64,000 nucleotides of DNA from Octopus sinensis (Eukaryota): assembly GCF_006345805.1 (NCBI RefSeq), contig NC_043016.1, positions 25,172,001 to 25,236,000 of the forward strand, written 5' to 3'. Of this stretch, positions 23,930 through 35,822 are shown one piece after another. The notes below the pieces were generated by a model, which ran no database searches, had not been told where the DNA came from, and saw only the letters and a list, made by a program, of their open reading frames with translations. How positions within the stretch are numbered: position 1 is the first letter of the stretch; every line of letters begins with the position of its first letter. The position numbers and the translations under genes were made by a program.

Positions 23930-25760
23930 TCTACCAACACATCTACATGCCATACAGGGCCATTTACCTAACTGGATGAGTGTCTAGTGTGTTTTCCTGC
24001 TTATTAGAACTTCAGTGGTTGCTAAGTTAACTTTAGGACCTTTTGATTCCAAGTTTTGCTTCCGCATCTGGAAGTCCATTTCTAATTCTGCTATAAGAAC
24101 AAGATAATCAGCATCCCATGGAATTCCTCTATTATGGCTTGGAGGAATATAATAAATTAGTGAGAGCTAATAACTGTTCCCTTGCAAACTCCTACCTGCA
24201 CACTAAATTCATTACTCTACTCATCACTGTCTCCTTAATGACAGCACTTCTGTACATGCTTGAACAGCTCTCAGTAGCAATTCATCTATCTTCTGTGGTG
24301 TCCACACACTCACACTTCATTTCTCTCTGCCTCACAGATCTCTCATATTCAATACATGTCTCACTTGAGATCCTCCATTATGTAAATTAGCAGTGTGTGT
24401 TTGCATGTATATGCATACATTGTCTTTTTTATATATACACATATGTGTGTATGTACACAGATATATGATCAATCATATGAACATCATTTTTCTCCAACCA
24501 CAGTTGATCCTCTACATTCCATACCCTGTCTCATTTACATCTTATGTTTCATATATCTGCTGATTTCCAGTTGTCTTGCACTTAACATTATGTGTGTAAT
24601 AATCTCACATCTTCCACATTTAGTGTCTATTTCTCTTCCAGTATCCCTTTTACAGAAGACTCTCCTTATTATTCGAAGAAGCTCCCTAAACTTCTTTCAA
24701 TCCTTCCTTACAATTATACTTCCTCAGCGTCCACTTTCAATGCTAAAATAAATCACCTGTGTAACAAAACTAGCAATAAAATCTAATCAACCAGTTTGAA
24801 TTTTCAAGTGTTGGATTTGTAATGGAACTGGTTAATTCTTTACACTGTTTGGGTGCAACCAATTTCCTTTCTTTAATTTCCAGAAACTACCAGTCAGGAA
24901 CAAGAACGCAACCTTAAAAATATATATATCTCTTTATTTTCTTATTTACAAAAGAAGTACGTTGGTTTTGGCATCCACTTGGTTCGATATAGCAAGGCTG
25001 AATTTTAACATTTGTAAGATTCTTACAACAAATTCAGCAGCAACAGAGCAGGTCAAATCCCAAGCGTCTGGAGAATGGCTGATCACACGTTTAACACGTC
25101 CTTTCTCTTTAATAGCCATGTCTCAAGTCCTCGACGCTAACAAGGAACGCGATAGAATTTTCTTCCCCAGTCTCTAGCGCATGTGCATGAGGGAACTTCC
25201 TTAGGCCTTTCCAGAAGGTTCCAGCCCCGCACACGCACACTGAAGAATGACGTTCTGCACACGCACACTGAAGAATGATGTTGCGTGTGCGCACGCTGGA
25301 AAATGACGTCACTACAGATTTCTGTCAATCTGCAGATTATCTCACTCCACTTTTCAAGAACTTTAAAGAATAGAAATACTCTGAAAATAGAACTTTGGTG
25401 TTCACTAGATCCTGAGCTTACAGCTAACCCTAACTTTCCTTACATCATTCTTTAGGACTTCTTTCCCAAACCATTCTTCTACTAATGGAGTTCTCAAACA
25501 ACATAGTGTTACACTTGTAACATTACCTTCTCTAGAAATATATGATGTATGGGTCTCCTTCTTGCCACAAACCCAGATTCTATCAAATAATTTCAAGGTT
25601 TAGTTTCTCAGTGTGAATACCTCCCTAACTGTCCCACTCTTCTGCATCACTTTTGCCCTTAATAAACTAGTTGTTGGGTATAACACCTTTCCATAGTATT
25701 TAATTAATTAGCCAGTCATTAACATGGCTTATATAATCTGATATCTTCAACACTTAAGCA
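23930..25760 (-). mobile_element. Old RTE-type LINE remnant, split by a solo LTR
   Basis: Fragments IKGKSDAEE, ESGFVARRRPIHHIFL, VEEWFGKEVLKNDVRKVRV (25400-25700) and KKFRELL (about 24690) flank the LTR; CVGRNSIRYTLCKIWTHKRCS near 23900. Confidence 0.6.
24818..25316 (-). mobile_element. Solo LTR (499 bp), probably Ty3/Gypsy-like
   Basis: TGTAAT...ACTACA termini, 4-bp target duplication GATT (24814-17 and 25317-20). Minus-strand order: 28-bp tandem repeats and TGACGTCA, then TATTAAA (25108-14), then AATAAA (24933-38). Confidence 0.8.
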
Positions 25761-27996
25761 ATTACTGCTGATTGGCTTGCAGTCTTTATATTTTTTCAGT
25801 TAACTCACTAATCTTATTGAAGCTAATTTCAACATCTGGTGTCTTCTTGGTTCTGACAAGAGTAGTTCTTCACCTCATTGACATTCCTCATCCAATGAAT
25901 TTTTTAACTCTTTTGCTAAAGTATTTCTCACTTCCTTTGTTTCAATTATTTTGAACATTCTGAAGAATTTAGCAAATTACTTCTGTATTAAAATGAAATT
26001 TTGATAGGCTTAAATTTAAGTGACTTTGATATAAGTTTATATCATAAAATAATGAGTGGTCTCAGATAGGTAGTATTGAAAAGGTTAAAATTTTGAGCTA
26101 TTTTCATAATTTTCCTGTTTCACATACTTTTTGCACTTTCCCAAACTACATTTGCTCTATAGGATAAACTTTATGGAAGGAGCATTTTTATATTACTTTT
26201 AGCTCAAAGCAGCTATAAGCTTTAGTTTAAACCAACAAATAATACCAACTCCTTACTTCGCTAACTTAACAAGGCAACATCTATTTGATTGTCCAGATTA
26301 TTAGAAATAGCAGCTAAATCTTCCTCGACTCTAACCCTGCCATGTTTAAGAAATAAAAGAGTACATTGGTTCCTCTTAATCTATTGTAATTCTATTCACA
26401 TCCAGGCTGAAAGGTATTTGAATTTAGAACTTGAAGGGTTATCACTTAATACCATAGCTCTGCCAATCCACTACTTTGAGGTACCCTGTTCTTGAAAAAA
26501 TAAAAGAAAACAGGGTTATTAAATTTGAGCACCTTTGATCATCAGTCTGATTTGGGGCTAAATAGCAACTTTTTACCTCATAAGGGTGTTTTTCACTCTG
26601 TTATCATTGTTTAACATTTTTTCCAAGCTTGCATGGGTCAGACAATTAGCTGAGGCAAATTTTCTATGATCAGATGCTGTTACCGAGTGAGATAATATTT
26701 CCCAAGGCTAGACATATTTTTCACAGACGACAGGAAATGAACACTATGCATTCTGTATCAAAAATTTTGTCCCGATGGATTTGTTTCATTGTCAGTCTTT
26801 TCAAATGATCCACAGCCTTATTTTCACTTAGTAATTCCGTTGCCGGAATAGTTTAGAATTCTTAGCTACTTCATTTCATGCCATGTTATTGTGTTAATTC
26901 TTCCTTTCTCCTTAGAAAAGAAACAAAGAAGATGCATGGCCATCACAATTGGGCAGGCAAATAATTTTACTATATAATAGCAAGAAATTTATGTCATTAC
27001 CATGAATGTGTAACTAATCTTGATGCTGAAGTAAAGGAAAATTAGGAAAACTGATAAGACTAATGCTAACACCCCTGCTAATCCTTCAAGAATACATGTT
27101 GAAGATGCACTTAAAATATCTATTCATTGCTGAAATTAATTTATTTCGATTTCATTATAACTGGCTATTATAGCCTCGGACTGACCAAAACCTTGTGAGT
27201 GGGTGGAAACTGAAATAAGCCTGCCATATATATGTGTTTTTATGTCCCCTGTAACTTAGTTACAGTAAAAAATAGACCAATAGAATCAGTATAAGGCTTA
27301 AAAAAATAAGTCCTGGGGGTCAATTTTCTTAACTAAACCCATCAGGTGGTGCTCCAGCATGGCCACAGTCAAATGGCTGTAACAAGTAGAAGATTAAAGA
27401 ATAGTCTTCAAATGCCATGGCAGTTAATTAAATCATCCAATTCCTTTAATCTCAGTAATTTATCAGTCTATAGGAAAAAAACAATTTATTTTTTTTATTA
27501 TACCATAAAACTGTCTGCCATTTCAGAAAAGAATATCATCATTGATTAAATATTTTGTTTTATGATGTTGGCTGGTATCAAACTAGTTTGCCACACGACA
27601 TCGCTCTGAACATCCAGATTATTTCCTCTTTTCCATTTGACCATACTGTTCCCAACTCTTATATGTCTGTTTGTTCCCAGCTCCTTTACAACACATACCT
27701 TTTCACCAAGCATCTATCACTTTGTCACATTAGATGTAAGTAATTCTCTGATAATCTTTAACCATATGTATCTACCATCCATTTGAACACATAGTTACTT
27801 AGGGCTACCTGATATGAGTTGACCTGTGGCTAAATAATTGACTTAGTTATACTAACATACACATGTATTCGTGCATACATTCCTCAAACTAGTTGTGCAA
27901 TGCAAATGCTTTGTTTCACAATATATTTTACTCTCCATGTTAATACACTGTAATATTTATATATTTTCTTTATCTCTCTCTCTCTCTCTCTCTCAG

Positions 27997-28108
27997 GCAG
28001 TATTAAGCAATGGCTCCATATATATACATGTGTACTTCACAAAATCTGGTTACCCTCCAAACTCTAAAGATGAGTATGCACAAAGTATGCGTGCCTATTC
28101 TTCAAGAA
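27997..28108 (+). CDS. CLPTM1: CLPTM1 exon 4 (AVLSNGSIYIHVYFTKSGY...YSSR)
   Basis: (CT)n-cag acceptor, GTAAGT donor, 112 nt, NGSIYIHVYFTKSG motif. Confidence 0.95.
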
Positions 28109-28752
28109 GTAAGTCTACAATTTCAAATTAAAAATTTTTTTTTTCTAATTCCAATTTTAACACTAATTCTTTGATGTCAATTAAAGTCTTAAATGTTTCT
28201 ATGTTCTTCATTATCATTTTTAACATTTGCCCCAGTGGGCCTACTCTGTTTTGATCATATCTGAAACCACAGTAGCTAGTACTGTTATTTCTACTAATAA
28301 CTATCCCACTGTGCAGTACTTTGAGCAAGTGTCTTCTACTATAGCTCCAAGCCAACCAAAGCTTTGTGAGTTGGTATGGTAGGTGGAAACAGTTTGGAAG
28401 CCCATCTTGTGTGTGTTTGTGTGTACCCTTGTCTAGATATTATGCCATGGTTGTAAATGAACATTATTGTCATACGAGTAATGTTCATTTCCAATCTTCT
28501 ATGAAAAATATGTCTGACAGTGGAAATGGGTGAGGATTGATGGCAGGATGGGTATCTGGCCTCAGAAAAGCTACTTCAATAAATTTCATCTGACCAATGA
28601 AATCCTGGTAAAGTGGACATTACAATGATGATTATGGTATTAGTGTTTGGGCTAAATTTGTCGGTTTGTATAAAAGGAAACACAATATTCCACCCAAAAG
28701 GATTTTTTTTTAATCAAAACATATCAGCTAGATAATGGCTAGGAAATAACAG

Positions 28753-29092
28753 TTACTCAAAGTAACTGTCCTCAGCTTTCACCATGACTTCAGGACAGCT
28801 CCAGAACCTGGAACATGCATTCCTCACTGTGTCCCCAAGAAGATCTTTGAAACACCTCTTTCATCTTGACCACCAGCTTGGCCTTGATGTTCCAAGCAGA
28901 GTAGTTGGTGTCTTTCTCAACCACACTCCACACATAGTAATCTATGGGATTACAAATCGGAGGAATTAGGAGGCCAGAAATTGGAGTGGTGTAGTTATAG
29001 AAATTCCCCGATAACCACTTCTGACTCTTTCTGGAGATATGGCACGAAACTGGATCCTGCTGCCATGCAATATGGCCTTCCAGCAGCTTCAC
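28753..29092 (-). mobile_element. Tc1/mariner superfamily transposase C-terminal remnant, DD37D (maT-like) spacing
   Basis: WQQDPVSCHISRKSQKWLS...CNPIDYYVWSVVEKDTN...AEDSYFE*; 37 residues between the D of QQD and the D of NPID. Confidence 0.85.
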
Positions 29093-29919
29093 CTAACCAT
29101 CTGAATTGAACCCAAGTCCCTGTTCACCTGTTGTTTAATGAATACCAATGTGCAGAAAGTCAGAACACCTGCTGTGTCCCTTCTTGCTAGCCACATCTTC
29201 TTAACCTTCATTGCAGCTGTCTATGTCATATCTTGCAGCCTTTACAGTGTTCACAGAGCATTGAGCAGTATTTTTCTACCCAGTGTGAATCCTCATGATA
29301 TAGGTCACTCTTTTCCTATATTCAGATGGCTTCCACTCCTTCATGTCAGCTAAGTTTTTCTCAACTACAACTTTAATCTTTATGCTCACTCATGCTGTTG
29401 ACTGTTGTTCCTAGAAAAATGGGGACATAAAATTTTGCCCTGTAATTATAATAATTATAAAAAAAAAAAAAAAGTTACCAGAGGAACACCTTGTATCCAC
29501 ATGGTACTTTGGACAGCCATATTTTCTGAGTGAAAATGGTAGGTGGAAACTGTGTGGAAGCTTGTATGAATTTATATTTCCATGACTTCGCATGACAGTA
29601 TTTGGGTGACTATGATGTTATGTTTATGTCTCCTCTAACAATATATCCTGTAGTTTGACAGTTTTATAATTTGGAAGAAAAACACCTGACATGAATAACA
29701 AGTAAGAGTTGATAACAGGAGGGACATATGACCATCAGAGATTAACTCAATAAGTCTCATTCATGCTGTGCCCACATGGAAAAAAAAGGATATAAAAACA
29801 ATATTGATAGTGAATGGGTTGAATTTTAAAATAAGTGCTTATATGTGTATCTTTTATCTTTTACTTATTTCAGTCATTAGACTGTGGCTATGCTGGAGCA
29901 CTGCCTTGAAGGGTTTAGC

Positions 29920-30210
29920 CATGGGTTCTCAACCGTATTTTGGCTATGGACCACTTTGATTCATGTTTTGCTTGGGTGGACCCCCATAGCCATTCAATGT
30001 TTAAAAAAATCCTATTGTATTTTTATAATCAAATATTGTATAAAACTAATTGTTAAAATATTTTGTGTATTGTGGATGTAAAACCAATTTATTTCACATA
30101 AACTTTACTGGTCTGTAGTACAATTTTTTTCATGGCCCTTGAAAATTTACTATGGACCCCCCCTCTCAACTTACTGTATTACACACATGGACTCCAGTTG
30201 AGAACCCCTG
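29920..30210. mobile_element. hAT-type MITE inserted into a family A SINE
   Basis: TIR CATGGGTTCTCAAC / GTTGAGAACCCCTG; flanks gtttag(-)c and gtttagtc, consistent with an 8-bp TSD carrying one deletion. SINE tail sequence continues on both sides. Confidence 0.8.
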
Positions 30211-30394
30211 GTTTAGTCACACAAATTGACACCAAGTGCATTTTTTTTCCTAAGCTTGATACTTATTTTATAGGCGTCTTTTTGCTGAACTGCTAAGTTA
30301 TAAAGACAGAAACAAACCAACTCTAATTGTCAAGTGGTGGGGTGGGGGTCTAAACAAAATATACATACATACACACACACATACACATATATGT

Positions 30395-30610
30395 CATTGC
30401 CAGTACCACCTGACTAACCTCTGTGCCTGTGGCACGTAAAAAGCACCCACTACACCCTTGGAGTGGTTGGTGTTAGGAAGTGCATCCAGCTGTAGAAACT
30501 CTGCCAAATCAAGATTGGAGCCTGGTGCAGCCATCTGGTTTGCCAGCCGTCAGTCAAAGTCGTCCAACCCATGCTAGCATGGAAAGTGGATGTTAAACGA
30601 TGATGATGAT
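30395..30610 (+). mobile_element. RTE-type 3' tail fragment
   Basis: ggcacgtaaaaagcacccactacac...ggaaagtggatgttaaacgatgatgatg. Confidence 0.8.
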
Positions 30611-32942
30611 ATATCTATATATATATATCTACTACATATGTAGAAAATCGGTGTGTGTTTGTTTGTGGCATTGTTAGCCACATTCTTTTATTGATTTTGA
30701 TGAAACTTGACACGTGAGTAGAATTCATGTCTGGAAACCTCATGGCATACTTAGATTGTTGAAAAAATCGATAATACAGCCCCTGGAAAGGACTTTTATA
30801 TCTACCTCATATAACATGCAAGGGAAATAACCCATAGCACCTGCACAATATTTTTTTAGACATTCAAGGAAAATAACCCATTTCATTGATATATATATAT
30901 AATGTACACACAATGTGCTTCTTCCTCTCTACTAAATTCACTCACAAGGCATTGGTGCATGTGTGTGTATCATTTCCTAGTTTAAGATGGTGGCTGTTTT
31001 AAATGCTAATGGGTTAATGATGTTTGTTTTATGATTGAACCCAGTGCATAAATTAGGTTCTGTCTTTGCTTTATCATCACTGATGATAACAAAACAAATC
31101 TGGTCTCCTTCAGTGTGTCAGCATATCTCAAGAGATAATTTAATGTTTTCTACAAAAGAATGGGTGACTTTACTGATTTTCTCTATTAGACATTTAGCTA
31201 GCTTCTTTTTTGTTTCTTTGAAAATACCTAATACACTTAGTAAGGTCCTGATAAAATATGATTTATTAAGTTTTCATTTTGGTTCATTACATGACAGTTT
31301 TCAGTTTTTGAGTCTTGTTTTGATGATTAGTTGGAAAGATTTTGGGGTTAGTGTGAAAGGGTAAAAATGGGATTTATGAGTTCATGGTTGGATACATAGC
31401 TCTTCATGCCTGAAGAGTTTTGTTTGTACTACTGATTTGTTAATGCTACTAAATTATCTTGACACTAACAGTACTTTTTCATTAAGCAATATGAAGTAAA
31501 ATCCCTTGCTCAAAGATACAATGTACCTCCCAGGCCACCAATAAAACCAATGACCATATGATTGAGAATTCAATAATCTAGACACTGGGCCATATGCCTT
31601 CCCCGTATGTAAAGTTCAACCCTTTGATTATTACATTTCTCTGAAAATATACTTCCTTTGCATTAGTTTTGAAAATAATGAAGAATTAGGAAAATAATTT
31701 TGTCATTATTAAACTGGTATTTGGAACATATGAAGCTTTAATTTAGATCACTTTAAAATGGAGAGTTATTACCACACCAACAAGCAAGATGGTATTAAAA
31801 GGTTTAATACTATACTATAATTATGTGTCTTACATTTATTCTTTTTAGCTCTATCTACAGTTTTGGATATTGTTTAATCAAGTTAACTTAATTTGTGGAG
31901 CAAAATAGTTACCTCCTTTCTGATATTATACTAATAATTTTGAAGTTTATATTATATATGCTTTAATGTGTCATGTCTAAGGCTAATTCTTAACCATAAT
32001 AATATTGATAGCTTATTATATGTAGCTGTTTGTGTGTACAAGAGAGGCAGTCAAAGAAATGTATTTTGTCTGAGACTTGACGATTATTATAATGTTGTTG
32101 GTGTTGTCTGTGATTGTATGATAATGGCATATAAAAAGTGTAGTGTATGTAAGATTTGAAATAATAATATTTGTTATATTTGTTGATATATTTAAATACA
32201 GAGTAAAGTATTTTGTCTACATTTTAATACATCTGTTACTATAATTTGAATGGTGTTATATATGTGTGTGTCCTCCTCATCATGTGTGTATGTGTATATG
32301 TGACTAAGGAAAATGTTGACACCTTGTTTGATTTTGATGTAGGGTTTCTGATTTGTTGGTTTATACAAACAGTTGTCTTTATGGTGATTTCATTGTTTGT
32401 ATGGCTTTCATATTTTCATACTGTCTTGAGATTTTTTTTTTGTGTGTGTGTGTCATCGTATTTGGGCTTGTTTAACATCCACTTATCCATGCTTATATGG
32501 GTTCAGATGGAATTCAGAGGCAGATTTTCTACAGCCAGATACTTTTCCCATTACCAACCCTCACCTGTTTCCTAGCAGAGTTGATATTTTTGAGGAAGAC
32601 TGGAAACAGACAGCATCACTTATATGACAATTATGCAGGTTTACAACCATTACATGATGTCTAGGCAAGGGTACACATACACATGACAGGTTTCTTTCAG
32701 TTTCCATCTACCAAATCCACTCGGAAGGCTTTGGTCAACCTGGAGCTAAAGTGCTATACAGTAAGCAAGCTTCCTAACCACACAATCACACTCTTATAAT
32801 AATCAATGTGTTAGTGAATTTATGACATTTAATGTATATACATGTCCTTTTAGCTGGTTAACATGTTCTTCTTTGAAAGTGGGACAGGAAACAAACAAAT
32901 AATGCCAGCAGTATACTGATTTTGTTTTTTGTTTTTTTCCAG

Positions 32943-33028
32943 AATTAAATAAATACAAGAAAAGAAAATTCCATGAGACTGTGAATCTACTGACTGGAGA
33001 AACAGAAGCACATCCTAACCTTAGAAAG
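32943..33028 (+). CDS. CLPTM1: CLPTM1 exon 5 (LNKYKKRKFHETVNLLTGETEAHPNLRK)
   Basis: tttttccag acceptor, GTAAAA donor, 86 nt; matches human INKYKRRRFQKTKNLLTGETEADP. Confidence 0.93.
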
Positions 33029-33811
33029 GTAAAAACCTAATTTTTGTTTCATTTTCTGAAGTTCCTGGTCACTAGACACAAGTTTACTCAATGCTTGTTT
33101 TATCTTCTTGAGAATGACGCATGACTTTAGGGCATAGGAAAATATGCATTGCAGTATCTGTTCTGGTTCTTTGCATTCTGAATTCAAATCTCACCAAAGA
33201 CTTTTATTGTTCTGGGGTCTGTAAAATTAAGTATCAATCCAAGGTGGGGAGTTGATGAGATTATCAGAGCTTCAAATGAAGTGAATTGTGGTATTTGTTT
33301 TAGTTATTTGCATTTAAGTTCTTGGTTGTTAGATTTAATCCTTTGCTTGGTTTAAAATCACCACCTAGAACTTTAGGTGCCTTCAATGGAATTTGCTTTA
33401 TTGCAAGCATTTAGCTCAAGTCTCTAGTTTGAGGGTATCTTCCACCAACCTCAGAAATACGTGAATAAAAGGCACTCCTCTCTTTAGAGGACAATTTTAG
33501 AAAATCCTATACATAAATATGATTGGATAACAGAATAACTGGCACCGTTTATCAAAATAGTTAACTAAGCATGGCTTTGTATTTAAGAAACTTCTTTTGC
33601 AACCACATGGTATTAGGTTCAGTCCCACTTCATGACACCTAGAACAAGTGTCTTGTACCATAACCCCAAACAATCAATGCCTTCTGAGTAAATTTGGTTG
33701 ACAAACTATGCAGAAGTGCATTGTATATATGCATGTATCTTTGAGTTTGTCCCCTGCCACTGCTTGACAACCCAACCAGTGTTGGCTTGTTTATGTTCCT
33801 ATAACTTAGTG

Positions 33812-33997
33812 CAGTGGTTCCCAACCTTTTTTATACCCTGCACCCCCTGAAAACTTTTAATGTTATTGCACCCCTTAAAGTAATAATTTATATAAGAATA
33901 AAGGTGCCCGGAGCAATTGCCCTCTTTGACTCTATAAATCTGGCCTTGCTCACACCACCTGGAAATGGTATCTCGCACACCTGGTTGGGAAACCCTG
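33812..33997. mobile_element. hAT (Charlie-like) MITE, 186 bp
   Basis: TIR CAGTGGTTCCCAACC / GGTTGGGAAACCCTG (13/15); 8-bp TSD ACTTAGTG / ACTTATTG (7/8). Confidence 0.85.
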
Positions 33998-33999
33998 AC

Positions 34000-34220
34000 T
34001 TATTGACATTAGAAGTGGTAGATATCTTTTGTTACCTAGGCAACCAAGTTAGTAGTGGAAGAGAATATTTTGAAAATGTAGTTGCTAGAATAAGAACGGG
34101 CTGGGCAAAGTTTGCCTTTCCCTCAGAGTGAAAGGCAGATTGTATGATGTGTGAGTACAGACAGCTTCCCTACATGGCAGTGAAACATAGGCCATTAATG
34201 TTGCACAAGTAAAATTATGC
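34000..34220 (+). mobile_element. RTE-type LINE fragment
   Basis: LEVVDIFCYLGNQVSSG...VVARIRTGWAKF. Confidence 0.8.
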
Positions 34221-35394
34221 AGGTGGTAATGGTATCTTCATGTGGCAAATGTGGGGTTTTTATTTGTCACATCCTGTGTAATGATGAGCTTATTGTATAC
34301 AATCAAATTTAGTGTCATGGGGCTTCTGGCTTCATGAATAAGCAAAACAAAATAAATTAATTAAGATACACACAAAATACTTCTCAATTTTTTTCTTCAT
34401 CATAGTTTGTTGATTCTACTGGATCTCCTCATCTACTTCATCTATCAAATGAACAATGCTAATTTGTGGAGTGCCAGAGGCATTAATTAACTGTCTGTGT
34501 GGAATGCACAGCAAGATATGCTCTTCTAATGTAGACCATGATGATAGTGGAGATGGGAATGTTGGTGGTGGTGATGATGATGATGATGATGATATAGAAC
34601 ATATGCGTGCATGCTGTAGGTAAAAATGACTTTGAGCTGATGGTTGAATGTGTATATTAGTCAAGATTTTGACAGTGGTTGTTGTTGTTGTAGAAGGAGG
34701 AGGAGGAGGATTGAGATCAAATTTAAGTGTTAGGGTTCACAGATGAAATGTTTTGTTGAAATTAATTTGTTGACTTGCAATCCTTTATCAGTGTGAGAAA
34801 AACAAGTCTTAGAATAAACTTGATTGTTATGTATACAGTGAAACTTGATATTTTTTCTTAGTCATCTTCTCTCTTTCTTTGCAAATATTCCTTCATGAGA
34901 TAGCCAAAACTATTATATTTTTTTAATCTCTGATTCTAGAATACACTCACTCTCTTGCTCTCTCTCTCTCTCCCTCTCTCTCTCTCTCCCTCTCTCTCTC
35001 TCTCCCTCTCTCTCTCTCCCCCCTCCCCCTCCAGGCAGGCATGACTGTGTGGTTAAACATTTCACTTCCCAGCCATACAGTTTTGGGTTAATGTTCACTG
35101 TCTATACCTTGGGCTGATTTAATACTTCTGAGTAGATTTGGCAGATAGAAAATGAAAAGCACCTATCGTGTGTGTGGTGGGATGTTTGTATCTTATTGTC
35201 TCGATTATTGCATGACAGTTGTAAAATGAGCTTTGGCATCAAATGGTGTTGCCCATTTCCATTTTCTGGCTTTGGAGAAAAATTAAATTGCATGAAAACA
35301 GTTGGTGACAGGAAGGGCAGTCACACATAGAAGATCTGGTTCGGCAAATTCTATCTGACCTATAAGCGATGATGATTTTATATGTATATAAAAG

Positions 35395-35564
35395 GTGCAG
35401 GTGTAGTTGTGTAGTACAAAGATTACTTCCCAACTACATCACTCCAGGTTCAGTCTCACTGTGTGGCACCTTGGGCAAGTGTCTTCTTCTATAGCCTCAG
35501 GTCAACCAAAGATTTGTGAATGGATTTGGTAGGCAGAAACTACAAGAAGCTTGTCTTTTGTGTA

Positions 35565-35610
<46 letters not shown>

Positions 35611-35822
35611 AGTGTTTGTGTCTGTTTGTCCCCCTCCCCACTATTGCTTGATAGCCAATATTGGTGTGTTTACATCCCTGTAACTTAGCAGTTCTGCATA
35701 AAAGACTGATAGAATAAATACTAGGCTTACAGAGAATAAGTCCTGGGGGGCTTGACCCTTCATGATAGTTCTCCAGCATGGACACAGTCAAATGACTGAA
35801 ACAAGTAAAAGAATAAAAGAAT
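35395..35822 (+). mobile_element. tRNA-derived SINE family A, subtype with ...cagtcaaatgactgaaacaagtaaaaga tail, near full length
   Basis: Head with ggttcagtctcact B-box-like motif, internal (TA)n, conserved tail. Other copies: about 43850-44140, 54960-55295, 58020-58385, 62037-62400 (+); 62434-62819, 62863-63439 (-). Confidence 0.8.

Noticed and set aside
25424-25434. ctaaccctaac telomere-like sequence
   Set aside because: Fewer than two TTAGGG units and lies within an RTE remnant.
26900-27035. Strong-looking acceptor ttcttcctttctccttag followed by a short open frame (KRNKEDAWPSQLGRQ)
   Set aside because: No homology to CLPTM1, no convincing donor, and the 14-exon model is complete without it; would need RNA-seq.
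30615-30900. Helitron-like 5' end (tctatatat...gattttgatgaaacttg)
   Set aside because: No hairpin-CTAG 3' end could be located.
31050-31350. Possible L1/Tx1-like RT remnant on the minus strand (KKLAKCL...ENIKLSLEIC)
   Set aside because: Resemblance is too weak to call without a profile search.
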